The notes beneath the pieces were generated by a model, which was not told the origin of the DNA, did not search any database, and saw nothing but the letters and a program-made list of their open reading frames with translations. A DNA stretch of 63,944 bases, counting the filler. It is 10 parts of 10 records of this genome, joined end to end, with 100 filler letters (N's around TTAATTAATTAA, not from the genome) between each part and the next. Parts side by side here need not be neighbours in the genome. Positions count along the whole stretch, not along the records: positions 23,230 to 30,677 come from SRR15195285_1269; positions 30,778 to 36,290 come from SRR15195285_1270; 8 more parts are not named here. One strand, 5' to 3'. Of this stretch, positions 23,230-36,390 are shown piece by piece. The stretch's first letter is position 1; each line of letters begins with the position of its first letter. Made by a program: the position numbers and the translations under genes.

Positions 23230-26200
23230 GCGGTCCGTCGTCACAGTATCTTGTAGGTCTGAGAAATGATAATCGCAGTAGAACAGGATGCGATTGATCA
23301 CCGAGATGATGTCCGTCAAGGCAACCGCTACTTGGTTTTCAGGATTTGGTCCCGTGCACATTGCAATCAGAACACGGAATGCTGCAAAAGTACGATCCAT
23401 CATTGCGCCATCACTAGGCAACATTACTCCTATCGTGTCTGTTCTTGCTACTGCCTCTTTGATATCACGTTCAATCTGGCTCAGATACAGAACCACGTCG
23501 GAGATGATATCGAGCTCGCGCGGGTGACCTGGTTGTTTTTGTAGATACACCTGCATCCCCATGTGGTTATCAAGTGTCAAGTTACGTAGAACTTGGAGCA
23601 CCTCGAGTGCGAAACCAACCTCTTTGCCATAGGCCCCGTCAGCTTTCGCTGATTTCCGTTGCATCTTCAGGTCAGTGATACTGTTGCGCAGTAACCTCCT
23701 GAAAGTTGTAGCGCAAATTTCGTTCGGGCAGATTTTCGGATCGTCTAGTGTCCGGAGAAGCTCATTCTGCACGTCAAGGTTGCCCCCACCAGTCAGGGCT
23801 AGCAGAAGTCGCAGTGCTGGGAGATGAAGCGTTGGCAAAGTCTCCATGGCCAGAACTCGAAAGCAGAGGAGCCCCCAACCTTGCTTAACCATGATCGCCT
23901 GCACTCTGGACACATCCGGGTTGATTGAGCTATCCAACGGCTCTACTGCCAGGAAACTCTTGAACGCAGTCTCAATCGTGTCCTTGTCGAAAGCTGCGAC
24001 GCCGTAAGGGATGGATCGCACCGCGTCCATCATCATCAGCAAGTTCGGCATCTCCTCTTTGCTGGGCGAGAACTGCAACACCTCAAGCTTTTCGATCAGG
24101 GGATCTACCAAAAACGCGGCGTAGTGCGTCTGCTCGGTGTGTTCATCTTGGGTGCCCTCTTTGGTGCCCTCTATCTCCTCAATCGAATCGACTCGTCCAA
24201 CAGACTGTTCAGCAGGAACGACTTTCCACAGCGCTTTTCCAACGCTCATAATACCGACACCAAGGGTGCGGTCCGTGCCAGCAACTTTACCTAGCGTCAT
24301 AGTGGACTCGACCGACTCCACTACTTGAGTCCAAGTCTGGTTGTGCAGCCAGTTATTATTACCTACTTCCGGTTCGTGCCTTTTGATATCATCAATGCCC
24401 ATGTTTGCATCGAGCTCACCATCGTTGGCGAGGTACTTCTGGCTGATAGTCTCGAGCTTTTCTATCAGCCCCCTCTCTCTGTAAGTGAAGTCTCCGAAGC
24501 TCTTGTACTGCCGCACCTTTTTCGCAAACGCAAGGACTTCTCTGTATCTTTCGACCACAATGTCAAGCTCATCGGCGGGTACGGCACTTAACTCGTTCAC
24601 ACAGGCGTACTGGATGAAAAACTGCACGTTCTGCTCGAATATGTAGTCTCGAGTCTTGCCCTTCGGCAAGTCCTCTGTAAGAAGTTCAACCAGGTCGCTG
24701 TACGCATTGTCTGCAATTGGAATCGCATAACTGGCATGAATGAACTTATCGACGGTCCAAATGCCATTCGCTGCGCGACGAAGGCTGCGCAAAATATGTG
24801 ACGAGTTGGTGTCGATAAATACTTCACGAAAGAATGACATTGTGCTGTTCTTGACCCCAGTCACGTCTGCTTCTGTGCTCTGCAATTTCGGATGGTCAAA
24901 TATCTCGTGCAGGCGCGATATCACTTCTGCCATGGGCATCAACGAGGCGCACAGCAGCTCAGTTGTGGGATTTTTGCCGTTGGCGCACTCTGCGAGAACC
25001 TCGAGCGACTTGTTGTAGTACTGGGCTTCCAAGAGACATCGATCACGATCTGTGCTTGGGACACGGTCAATAATGATTTGCAGCATCTCTACCCGTCCAA
25101 TGGCGGGACCGAAGGCCCATTCGTTCTTTTCAAGAGCCCCTCCTACCTCAATCAGATCCTTGGACATCATGGCACCTTTGCAAACTTTCATTTGCGACGT
25201 GACGACAGGTTCCCCATCTACCACCAGCAGCGACTGCAGCAAAGACAACAGTCCGAGGCGGCGACCAAATCGCATGGCTAGACTGCTCACATGCTGGACC
25301 ATCAGCCCCGACAGGGAATTGGATTGGTTGACATTGTCGGCGATGAGGCCGCGTAGACAGTGTGCAGCGTCGTCGATGTACTTTTCAATGTTGAGCAACT
25401 TGAGAAAAATCTGCTCTACGTACACTGCCATCATGTCTTGATTGGTGGTGTTAGCGTCACAGAACTCTTCCACCAAATGCAGCACCTTCCTGAGAAGTTC
25501 CTCGAATTTCGCACTGGGGAGGCGCATCTTGAGAACCCGGACGACATACTCTTCTAGGTTCAGGTTGCGCAAAAGGTCCTGTCCAGCTTTGTTCTTGCAC
25601 TGGTTTGTCAGCTGCTCCACAATGACAATGCACTGTTGACACCTGGCGTCCTCGTGCAGCCACTTGCGCAACCTTCGAAACTCTGACACGGTTTGCATGG
25701 CTTCAAGAAACGTTGTCGCATCCGCTTTGTTGCCAATCGGGATTACAGAGTGAAGTGCTTTCTGGAACACGAAGCTTTGGGATATGAAGAAAATTAGAGT
25801 GTTGAATGCCGTGAAAGCCAAGTGTGGGTCCATGTGGTAGCGAGTCAGGTCGATGAGAATGTCGGTCATCAACTCGTCTACAGACTTACGGTCGCGGAAA
25901 ATGGAAACCTTCGCGATAACATCCTCTGCAAGCTGCGCTGTTTTCTGAACATTGGTGAACTGGACTCTTTGCGCTTGCTTTCGACTTTTCTTGGCCAGGT
26001 TTCGGACGGCGAACGTAGCCGACTGAGCCGATTCAATCGATGAGACGACCTTGTCAGTACCAGACATGATGGCCTGCTTCGTACCCTTATCGATTGCGCT
26101 CATATCTTTTTCTACTACAGCTGTGAGAGATTTGTCCACTAGCTTGGCTGTCTTGCCGACTGTGTTAGAACCAACAATACGGGTCTGACTCGCTACTCCC

Positions 26201-29200
26201 GACGTGAGTTTGGCAGTCGTATCGGTGACTGCGTTCAAGGACGCGGGGACTGACACACGGGATGCCTTCGAACGGGAGTCGCTCTCAAATGCTTCGCCTA
26301 TACTACCTTCTGCAGTATCTTCATCAAACGTCTCGGTAGTCGTTTCATCTTCGAACGCCAGTGTATTATCGTATGCTTTTCCACTTGCCACTGCTTCGAT
26401 ATCGGTCGATGATTGCATCGCTGATTCGACTGCCAATGGGTTCTGAAACTTCACAGAATCTTCGGTCACCCCTGACGATTGATCGCCCGGTGTGAATTTC
26501 TCCCCAGGAGTTTCTGGCTGATAATCTTCGCGCTCAATCGCTGCCTGTTGAATCTGCTGCAGGTCCGTCATCTGACGCTGATCTCGCTGTTCCTCATCGA
26601 ACATGCCCCCGTACTTCTCAAGTATGTCGGCGATGCCATTGCCGTCGGCGTCGGCATAAAACACTTTAAGTAGCTCATCGATTCGAGTGCTAGCGCGCAT
26701 GCCGAACATGACATTCAACACTCCCAATACTTTCGCTTTCATTTTCATCAGAATTCCGTTCTCATACGACAGGTAAAATCGTGTAGACCTTTCTTCAGTT
26801 TTCTCTGCGAGAGGTATGTCTGTGCGACCATCGAGCACTGGCAGTAGCGCCTGGGCCAGATCTTGTGCCTGCGGACCAATCCTAAGCACGCCGTCCGAGT
26901 GAATCGTCGGATCGAACCCGCTGTCATATATGCCACACAACAGGAGCATCTTAGCAAGGTCCAACAGTGCACACAAGAACTGGTTGTGCGCAGTCTCGGA
27001 GGCTTTGAGTTCGCAGTTGTCGTCAAGGCCCGACCGTTGTCGATCTGCCTCGAACACGGACAGAATTGTGCTCTTCAAGCCTCTGAAATACTCGCCGTCT
27101 TTATATTCAGGCGATTCGATGACTACTCCGTCCAGGTCTGTCATCGGCGAGCCGTCCTCTGTCTTGTATGGATCCACATACTGCACACCTTCCAAGCTTA
27201 GGCTATCGATGGTGATGAACGGCAGAATTCGTATGCCTTGATTGGCCGACCGCATCTCGAAAGGCTCACGGTCCACATACAGAGACAACATCAACTCTGT
27301 ATATCGAAACCTCGCCTCTTCTCCATATTGTTCAGTCTCGGCAACTCGATCAATCCGACACTGCTCCCAACTTCGTTGGAGGTTTTTCAGCACACGCCTG
27401 TACGCGAACCTGAACTGACCGTGTCTGAGAAACAGGTCGATCGAAGACCGATGTCTTGCAGCGCACAGTAGTGCTGCAAGCTTAACAAGAGATACGTGGA
27501 ACACAAACTCCTTCATCCACCACTCCTCTGCTTTTGAAAGCGGCTCGAGTTTCGCTGCCCTCTCAATGCCTCGGATTTCTATGCCATGCGAACGGTGCCC
27601 TGTACCGACTGGCGTGGCAGGTGGGACTGCCCATGGGTCTCCATCGTCCCATGGGTCGCCACGAAACACCGGAGTGCCTGCGTTAGACCTCAAGTCCTTC
27701 TCGATCACTGCAATTACCCGATCCTGGTTCGACTTGATTGGTGAGCCGTCGTGTGTAAGAAGTACGGATAGAAAATCCACGTAGACTCGTGACCGCCCTT
27801 CCCGCACCAAACCCCAGATTTTCGTAATGAATGACGTCTCAATTTTACGAATCAAATCCTCACTCCCCAAGAACATCTGCGAGATTACATTTGCAACCCC
27901 CCACGGATAGCCAAGTTGCCCAATCAGAAACGTTGTCAAGCAACCAAACAGCTTTGCTGAGTCTACGGAGTTGTTTTTGCACATCTGCCCGAGCAAACGG
28001 AAGATCAACTTTACGGCCAACAAGAACTCAGTGCCGTGCGTTTCGCGCTGTATGTCGTCCGGCTTGATGAACGTGAAGATTTTGTTCTCGACTAGGTCGA
28101 GCAGAAAGTCAACGAGCCGGAATTCGCTGTACATCCTCTGCAGCGGCTTGTTCATAAGGCCGTCCCTGGTCAGTGGATCATCGTTGCTGCTCATAGTAAG
28201 TGCTATCAAAAATCTAGTCAGCACCGCAATGACCGGCGCTTCCACACCGGAATCCATATCCACCCGCAGATGCTTGCGTATTACAACATTCATCCTGTGC
28301 TGTTCTGCATCGGGAGCCGTGCCCCCCTTCAGTCCTTTGCCGGATGGAGCATAGTCTGACAGGTGCTGCGAGAATTTGTGTAGTTTGGCCATATCCTGTT
28401 GCACACCTCGAAACTCATTGACCCAGTCGTCGGACAGAGCGCGGAAGATGAACAGATCGTCTTCTTTGGCGTCTGCTTCTGACTTTGCCGTGAGTTCGTA
28501 GTACAGCTCGTCTTCGACTGCCGTCGCCATCTCCACGCTCTCTTCATCAAGGGCTTCCTCTCCCGCTTTTCTCTTGCCACCGTGCTGCTTTAGTTGGTCT
28601 AGCACCTTTTGCTTCGCCTCGTCGACGATCGCCTCACCCCGGTGCAAAAGGTTGCCCGTGGCAGAGTTTTTCAGCATGAACGGTGTTTTTTCATACAGAA
28701 ACATGTCTGTATCACCGTCAAAGGGCACCAGCCTCCACTGTGCGTACGGTGTATCATCACCATCATCGAAAAAACACTCGCCCCCTGTTTCGCGCTCCTG
28801 CAAAAAGCAGCCTGACATGGAGTCTTTCAGGCTGAAGACCGTCGTAGTCCCAGGTTCGTGCCGAACTGCAGACCCACTCCACTTCATCGACGGCACTTCG
28901 ATTTGCCATGCCAGGTCCGCCCGAGTGCTCACTCGATCAGCAACAGAAATGCCAGTGGTCTGCTCCTCTGCGCGCTCTTTCGGCGGGCGGAACATTTGTG
29001 GACTTCCTTTGATATCCCTATACACGTAAGCCTGCGACTGCCGTTGGTAGATCTGTACAAACTCGCCGCCTCGCACTATACCCTCGGATGCGCGCCTTCG
29101 CGCATCTGTGTACTTGGCAACTGGAACTACCGTGTACCTACGGAGCAAGGCGACATTAGGTTCGTGCCCAGAGAACGCCGCCGGGCGCGAGACGAATTGC

Positions 29201-29992
29201 GGAGCACGAGGCAGGGCTAAAGCGGACCTGGTAGCATCCGAAGAAATGTTCACTTCCTTGCGTTCGTCAATGGTAGCGGTCTCATCTGTGCAGTGCAAGT
29301 ACATTTTTGGCATCTTGATCGACTCCATAATCACTGTGTCCCCCATCTTGATACGATCGCCCTCATTTCGAGTGGCAAAGCCAGGCATAAGTCGGAACCA
29401 CGGGAGTTTTGAGCGTTCTTCGTGGTCTACCTGTTTGGTCTGCAGGCATGTGTCGTCCTCTATGGCAATGTGCTTTTCAGCTTGCACAAACTTGTCAGAC
29501 ACCGGAATGCGCATCTGGTAGATGTTGCCGAAGACGGCAATCTGACCGGAGCGTTGTTTGAACTCAGCTTCATTGTGCTGACGCTCCCGCGCGGCTGCGA
29601 GTTTCAGCGCCTCGGTCTTCGACGCGGCCCCAGCAGCATGCGACTGGGTTGACATCAAGAAGTCGCGCAGCTTCTTTGCGCTTGTATACTGGTTTGTGCT
29701 GTGCAGAATCATGCGGCAGTTTTGCGGATGCGGCGGGTTGGTTGTCTCCATGTTCGTACCTGCGTCCCGTGCAGCAGTTGAGGGGGATGGGCAGGGCAAG
29801 GTTCGGAGTATGGGGCCAGCTCTTACAGTCCAGAAAGTCGCAGAAGATCGTGTCGTCGGCTTGATCTGCGGTGACGAAGCCGACACACATATTCCCGTGC
29901 TCGTCTCGCCGAGGAATCGTTTGCAGAGCGAACTCGTCGCCTATTTGTAGGTAGTTGTCCTTCCATGACTGATCACGCTTGGCGCCCGGCAT
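23230..29992 (-). CDS. Inositol 1,4,5-trisphosphate/ryanodine-receptor-like Ca2+ channel, 3'-truncated before the pore
   Basis: N-terminal beta-trefoil/MIR-like sequence (WFRLMPGFATRNEGDRIKMGD, LAWQIE, WSGSAV), RIH-like segments (NQDRVI, LYVDREP), RIH-associated motifs NHMGMQVYLQKQ and MCTGPNPENQ. Introns near 29760-29827 and 29140-29228. Confidence 0.85.
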
Positions 29993-30677
29993 CTTGCGAC
30001 TGCAGCAGGTGGCACTGCCACTATGCCGCGACCGACGGCCGTTTACACGAGACCTGCCGGCGAATCGTCGGCCTGAGCAGCCGTGAGGCCCCAGTCCCGC
30101 GAGGAACCCCTTCTGCCTGCACCGCTGTCACTACGCTTCGTCCCCCTCTCCCCGTTTCTCTTTCGGTCCTTCCTCTCCCCGGTCTGTCTGCCTCTACTGC
30201 AAGAGACGTGACCGCCCGCGCTGTGCTCAGTCCTCAGCCTGGCCTAGTCTATTGCCAGGGGTGGCACTTTTGACCCAGCTACAGTCTCCGCTAGGTGACC
30301 CAGCAGGCGGCGTGTTGCTGCATTCGTCGCCGCGTACACACGAAACGCCAAGGTTCAGCGCAAGTCCTCACCACGTATCCGCTCCGACACCATACCGCGC
30401 AGCCTGAAGCGCAACGTTCGCTGCAGCTGGCCAGACAGTACGGGCTGGCTCAACTGGCTGTCCCCGCTGTGCACTCGCTACTGCAGAGACGCGACCGTCC
30501 GCCCCGTCCCCAGCCTCTCGGCACCCCACCCCAGGGGCGGCTTCTGTCGACCCAGCCAGCGCCACCACTAGGCGATCTAGCAGGTGCCCCTACAGCTCCC
30601 CAGGGTCTGCAACGCCTTCTCGCCAGCCCACCCTACGTCCATCCGTCGGCCCCGAAAAGTTCACCCTCGCCAACCCC

Positions 30678-30777
30678 NNNNNNNNNNNNNNNNNNNNNNN
30701 NNNNNNNNNNNNNNNNNNNNNTTAATTAATTAANNNNNNNNNNNNNNNNNNNNNNNNNNNNNNNNNNNNNNNNNNNN
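30678..30777. other. Artificial contig spacer
   Basis: 44 N + TTAATTAATTAA + 44 N. Confidence 0.99.
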
Positions 30778-33700
30778 CATCGAGCTCGAGAAGGAGATCA
30801 AGCTTGTGTGCACACCTGTCCAAGCTGCCACTGTCCAGGGACACTTCCGGGTGGTCCTGTTCCTGGTGCAGAAGGGTGCCGATGTGAACATTCCTGCTCA
30901 CAGCGGAAACACGGCCTTGCACTACGCGTGCATGAAGAGCTTCGTTGGGTTGGCTAGCTTCCTGGTGGAAAGCGGTGCTGCACTAGACGCACGGAACGAC
31001 GCTGGGGCAGTCCCTGCCGATGTGGCCGAGGACGGTATGAAAGACTTACTGTTCGAGGCTGCATCGCCGCAAAAGTCCGCTACAGCGCCTGCAAACGGAC
31101 CCGATGCAGCAGAAGGTAGTACGCCGAAGAAGCAGCTGACATTCAACGACGATGCCGACATCAAACTCATTGACAGAGTCGGTGGCGACACTGGGGCTGA
31201 ATGGTACAAAGATGGTCCGGGTCCCTGGGTATTTGGAAAGATGTTTCTCGATACTTTTACTGCGAAGGAATGGAAAACACGAGTGGCAGCTCTACGGGTC
31301 CTAATTCGTGACCTGCACCTCGTGCAAGGCGATGATGACCTGCTTTACAAATCGGCTTGTGCTGTGTTGAACTCGGCATTTAGCGACAAGGTGGCTCAGG
31401 TGTATCTGGTGTCGCTCGAGTTGCTGAGAAAGACTTTGGCTCACTTCGCGACGAAAATGGACCCGGAATTCTTGAAGGAGCCGATGAACGGGCTGATGGC
31501 GACAGTCATCCCCTTCACAGGAAAGTCGCAGGAAAAAGTGCGCAATGAATCGTTCAAGGCTGTGTTGTTTGTCGCTCGTCAGCCGGCCGTTGGCCCGGCA
31601 GGTATTGCTGAGCTTGCGCTCACACAGAAATCGAAAAAGGATAACCCCAAGAAGTGGCGCCCGCTGTACGGGCGACTAAAAATCCTAGCGCAGATGGTGT
31701 TTGAGTTCAAGTTCAGCGATTCGAACGGGCTGACGATTGGTGCCATCATGGACTTCGCGGCGCCTGCTTTCGAGCACCAAAACGAGCAGGTACGCAAGGC
31801 TGCCGTTGACCTGTTTGTTGAGGCGTACATGCTCGAAGGGGCGGCAGCCGATGGCTACATCGCCACACTGAAGCCTCAGCTACAAATTATGATCCGGGAT
31901 GAGCTGGCATCGATTGATGCACCGGTGGCGCCAGTGGTTGCAGAAAAGCCGCCTCCGACTGCGTCCAGGCTTACTGACGACACAGCGACCAGTCGACCTG
32001 TCACCGCTGGGGCAAGACCCACGACAGGGTCGGCTGCTGCCGCAGCTGCTGGCGAGGCAATGCCGTATGCGAAACCAATAGACAAAGATGACAAGGGTGC
32101 CACAGCACACATCACCGAATTCTTTGACGACGAAACCGCACGGTGCTTTGTTGCTAAGGGCTGGCAGTCACGAGTAGCTGCCTTGCAAAAAATTGAGGCT
32201 ACGTTGGTCGAGATACTGGACCCCGAAAACACTACAGCTGTAGATAAGCCGGGCACAGCTGACGCGGCATACAAAGTAGTGTACACGGCGCTGCGCGACC
32301 CGGTTCCGCACGTGTACACGGCTGCGTTGGGTCTGTTGAAGCCACTTGCTGCTGCGCCGAACAGCCAGCTGAATACCGTCGATCCTGGTTCTGAGGTGCT
32401 GCTAGGCCGGATCGTGCGTGCCATTGTCGCCAAACTAGGCGACCGAAACGCTCGCATACGTACTCGAACAGAAGAGTCGCTATTGGAGATGGCAAGGTTG
32501 CCGCACCCGTACGGTGTTGAGGTCATAGCCAATTACACACTAAATCCAACTGGTGACAAAGTTAAGGATAGTAAAGGGAAGACTGAGCCGCAGCTCAAGC
32601 TCCTGTGTACTCTCGTCCAGCAGTTTGGACTAACGGAGGAAGGTTCGATGTCGTTGGCCTCCATCATGGGCGTCACAGTACCTGCTTTTGAGGACCGCGA
32701 TAAGAAGGTACGCAAGGTCGCCGTTGGTGTCTATGTGTCGACGTGGAAACGGGTTGGCAGCGAGGCGCTGCTTCCTTATGTGACACATTTGAAAACCTCG
32801 ATTCGGAAGGTGCTGAAGGCCAAGACCGAGGGCAAAGCAACGTCTGCTGACAACGCTGGCTCCGACGGAGTCAATGACGGGGGGATCATGTTCTTTAATG
32901 CTGATGAGTTCAACAACAAGAGCGGCAATGGCGGCGCTAATGATAGAAGCGGAAATAGTGTGGGCGAGGGCGAAGGCACCACTGCTGCAGCGGAGGCATT
33001 ACCGTACGCAAGTAGCTTACCGGACGACCTGCGTGAGGCTGTTAAACCACTCGCACAGGTTTTCGGCGACGACACGATGCAGTGTTTCTATTCGAAGCAG
33101 TGGGCCCCGCGGGAGGCTGCGCTACGCAAGGTGGAGGGTCAGATTCGAATGATGGATGGATGCGACCGCCGGATCTTTCTGTACGTCGTGTTTATGCTGG
33201 AAAGTGCTCTGGCAGACAAAATTGCCCATGTGCTGTGGGGAGGGCTATCGCTGCTACGTACGGTAGTGGCGAATTATGCTAAGGATCTCGCGCCGGTAGA
33301 AGTACAGTACAGTATGGAGAAGCTCATGCCAAACATCATCACGCAGCTTGGCAACAGCAACACTCGCACGCGGCAGGCCTGTGACCAGACGTGCCAGTTT
33401 CTTAGCTGGAAGCCAAATGTTGGTGGAGCATTCATAGCACGGCACGTACTAAGCCACGACCACGGAAAAAACGTCACTGCTGTGGAGAATAAGGCCTTGC
33501 TCCTTGCGCAGCTCGTGAACGATTTTGGCCTGGGCGATGAGAGCATTAGTGCCGAGCAATTGTTTGCCTTTACGCGGCCTTGCTTTGAGCACCGGAACGC
33601 CAAGGTACGCGATGCAGCAGTCAAAATTTATGTGGCCGCGCATAAGTTCATTGGTGCAGCTGTGAACGACATGATTGGTGACGTGAAGCCAGCACTACGC

Positions 33701-35744
33701 GCAGTGCTGTCCAAGGCTGCTATGGACGACCCACACATGAACAATGAGCGACCGAAGACGCCGGCAGCGTTCATTTTCGACCGTCCGTCTACTGCTGCAG
33801 AGAGACTATCACATTCTCTCGCGCTGGGTGGCGTGGGCTTGTCAGCAGCGCCAATCCTTGCGCAAGTCGGCATCGGCGGAAGTAGTGGCGGGCAGGTCTC
33901 TCCGAACGAGGAAGAACTGGGGCAGAAGAGTGACATGGTTGACGTTTCAAAGATGCCGCAGGCGCAACCACAGACCGAGCGCGAGAAGGCGCTGGCTCTT
34001 CAGCGGGCGACGGATGCAGAACTCAACGAGCTCACAGGCTTGTCCGGGAGCCTCGAGGTTCTGAAGAGAGTTTTTGGCTCAGACTTGCTGCTGCAGTTCC
34101 GCGACAAAGACTCATCGGAGCGGGAGGAGGCCTTGGAGTCCATGCAGGATGCCATCTGGTCGAACGGACCTTTGCTGGGCAGTGAGACTGACGCCAATGC
34201 AAGCTTCGAGGCATGTTGCCACCTTGCCAAACATGCTCTGTCGGACAAGTCCATTGGCGTCATCTGCGCCGGGCTCGAGCTGCTGAAGACGGTCATAGTT
34301 ACCCACTCGCGCAAGCTGGGGGCATTCGAGTTTCGCCTTGCACTTGGCTCACTCGCCACGACCATTCTTGGGCTGTCGGCGGACGGGCCGATCCGGGTGA
34401 GGGGCAAGTCGGATGAAATGGCAGTCTTCCTCGCACATCAACCTAAGCTCGGGATCGCGTTTTTGTCGCGCTACTTGCTAGAGAGTGCAGCGGCACCTGC
34501 TCTCATGGCGCGGAAGGACTCCGGGCGCGCCGTGGTCCTCGCGCGGCTGAAGCTCTTAGTTGACCTGCTAGGCGAGGTGGCGGCGCCGGGGACTGACAAG
34601 AGCCAATGGCCAATGGAAAGCGTCGCCACATTCTGCGCGGCGTGCATTGCCGTCCACACGTCCGTGTCAGTAAAGACCAAGGCCAAGCTAGTCGCTGGCC
34701 TGGTATGTAGCTGCTGTGCACAAGAAGGCGTTGATGCGGTGCGGAGGCTGGTCAATCAGCCGCCGACATCAGACCCAGAGCAGCGCAAGCGGGTGGTAGA
34801 TGTTTTGGAAGAGGTGTTGGCTGAGCACGCGGGTGAGGAATCCGTCTGTAGAGGAGCAATCATGCTGCGCGCTGACATGGCCATTCAATGGCAGCTTCTC
34901 ACAAATGTGTCTGACTGTTGTGTCCTGCAGAAAAAGTATCAGCAGGAGCAGGCGACAACGGGCCGCCGCGAGGTGTCGCCGACCCCAAATTCCGGCACTC
35001 AGTGCCGACAGGGGGCAACAATTTCGAGGCAGCCGACCTCGGACGTGCCCGCTCAGCTGTAGCAAGCAGCCGAGGCAACGAACCAGGTGCGCGCCTTACT
35101 CAACACCACACATGTGTGGTCATGCGCAGCTTGCTGTGCGGAGAAACGCTAGCAGCAATCTCTTCCTGATCGGCGGAGCAAGCGGTGCTTGCATCACGCT
35201 TGTCACCCCATATTCGGGGACGTTGCTCACAGCCTGCCATGCGCGTTGTTCCTCTGCGTTACAGAGCAAGGGGCTGCGCGTCCGACCACGTTCGGTGGAG
35301 CAGTGGGGGACAAAGATGGCTTATCGCAGGCGAAACCTTTCAGCGGGCTGCCAGCGGGTGGAAGCGGGGCCGTGCTGGGTGACCTGCCGCCGATCACACT
35401 GGGGATGCCGACCGGTGTGGCAAATGAGTTCGGAAGGTGAGTGCTGACTTTCTATCTACTTCGTCTATCCCTCTGTCAGAAGCTGCCTGCATCGATGGTA
35501 GACCCGCAGCTTTGTTCTTGACTCTGCGGCTTCGTGTGCGTATTCTCGGGTGGGTAGATATGGTGACCCGACTCAAATGGCGACGAGCCCTGCTCCTGGC
35601 GACAGATCAATTTTCGCCAACGATCCGCCGTCGCCACGCACACCAGATCACCGAGTCGCGGGCTCTCCGGTGAAAAGGTCTCCACGAGCTGGTAGGAGGG
35701 CAGCCGAATCTTCGAACCGGACATACGGCGCTGCAGATGCTTGA
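30778..35744 (+). CDS. Ankyrin repeats + four tandem CEP104-like TOG (HEAT-repeat) domains, 5'-truncated
   Basis: Ankyrin GNTALHYAC and GADVN. Four repeats starting KEWKTRVAAL, KGWQSRVAAL, KQWAPREAAL, KDSSEREEAL, each followed by a DKV/DPV/DKI/DKS helix, with VR.AA-type ends in the first three. The low-complexity tail is spliced; the final exon joins via AG|gtgagt...tag|A. Confidence 0.8.
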
Positions 35745-36290
35745 TGTTTATGTGTAGCGCACCACAGCGACGAATGCAACTTTTTAAATTTTTCCTTCAG
35801 GCGGGTTGCGACAGTTAAGCTCCTCACTCCGCCAACGTATTGCTACTGGAGGGTCACCTGTCGGGGGCACGGCGAATCTCTACATGTATTCTAGAACTTC
35901 TGTCGCAGTCAATACTGTATGTCTCAATCGCTTGTTTCTTTGATCAGGCAAGTCATGAGTGCAACGAGCGTTTCTGTCTCATTCTGTTTGCGGCGTCCGC
36001 CGGCGATCCACTCCGGCCGCGAGGTGGTTCAATCGATTCAAGCAGTTCGCGGAGGCCGGATCAATCAGCAGCCATGTCAAGCGCCCGAGTGTATTGATTG
36101 CAAGGGTTTCAAATTGACGCTCCCTTGATTTCAGCAACATTCCACCTGCCTTCGCCCTGTTCACGCCCTTCAGCTTCACGCGCCGGTCTTCATATCCCCT
36201 TGTCGGAGTAATCGAGTGCTGATAAATCAGGACTCGATTGTTACAGGCATTTGAGTTGAAATCACAGTGGTTTTGGATTCCATGAATTGG

Positions 36291-36390
36291 NNNNNNNNNN
36301 NNNNNNNNNNNNNNNNNNNNNNNNNNNNNNNNNNTTAATTAATTAANNNNNNNNNNNNNNNNNNNNNNNNNNNNNNNNNNNNNNNNNNNN
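36291..36390. other. Artificial contig spacer
   Basis: 44 N + TTAATTAATTAA + 44 N. Confidence 0.99.
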
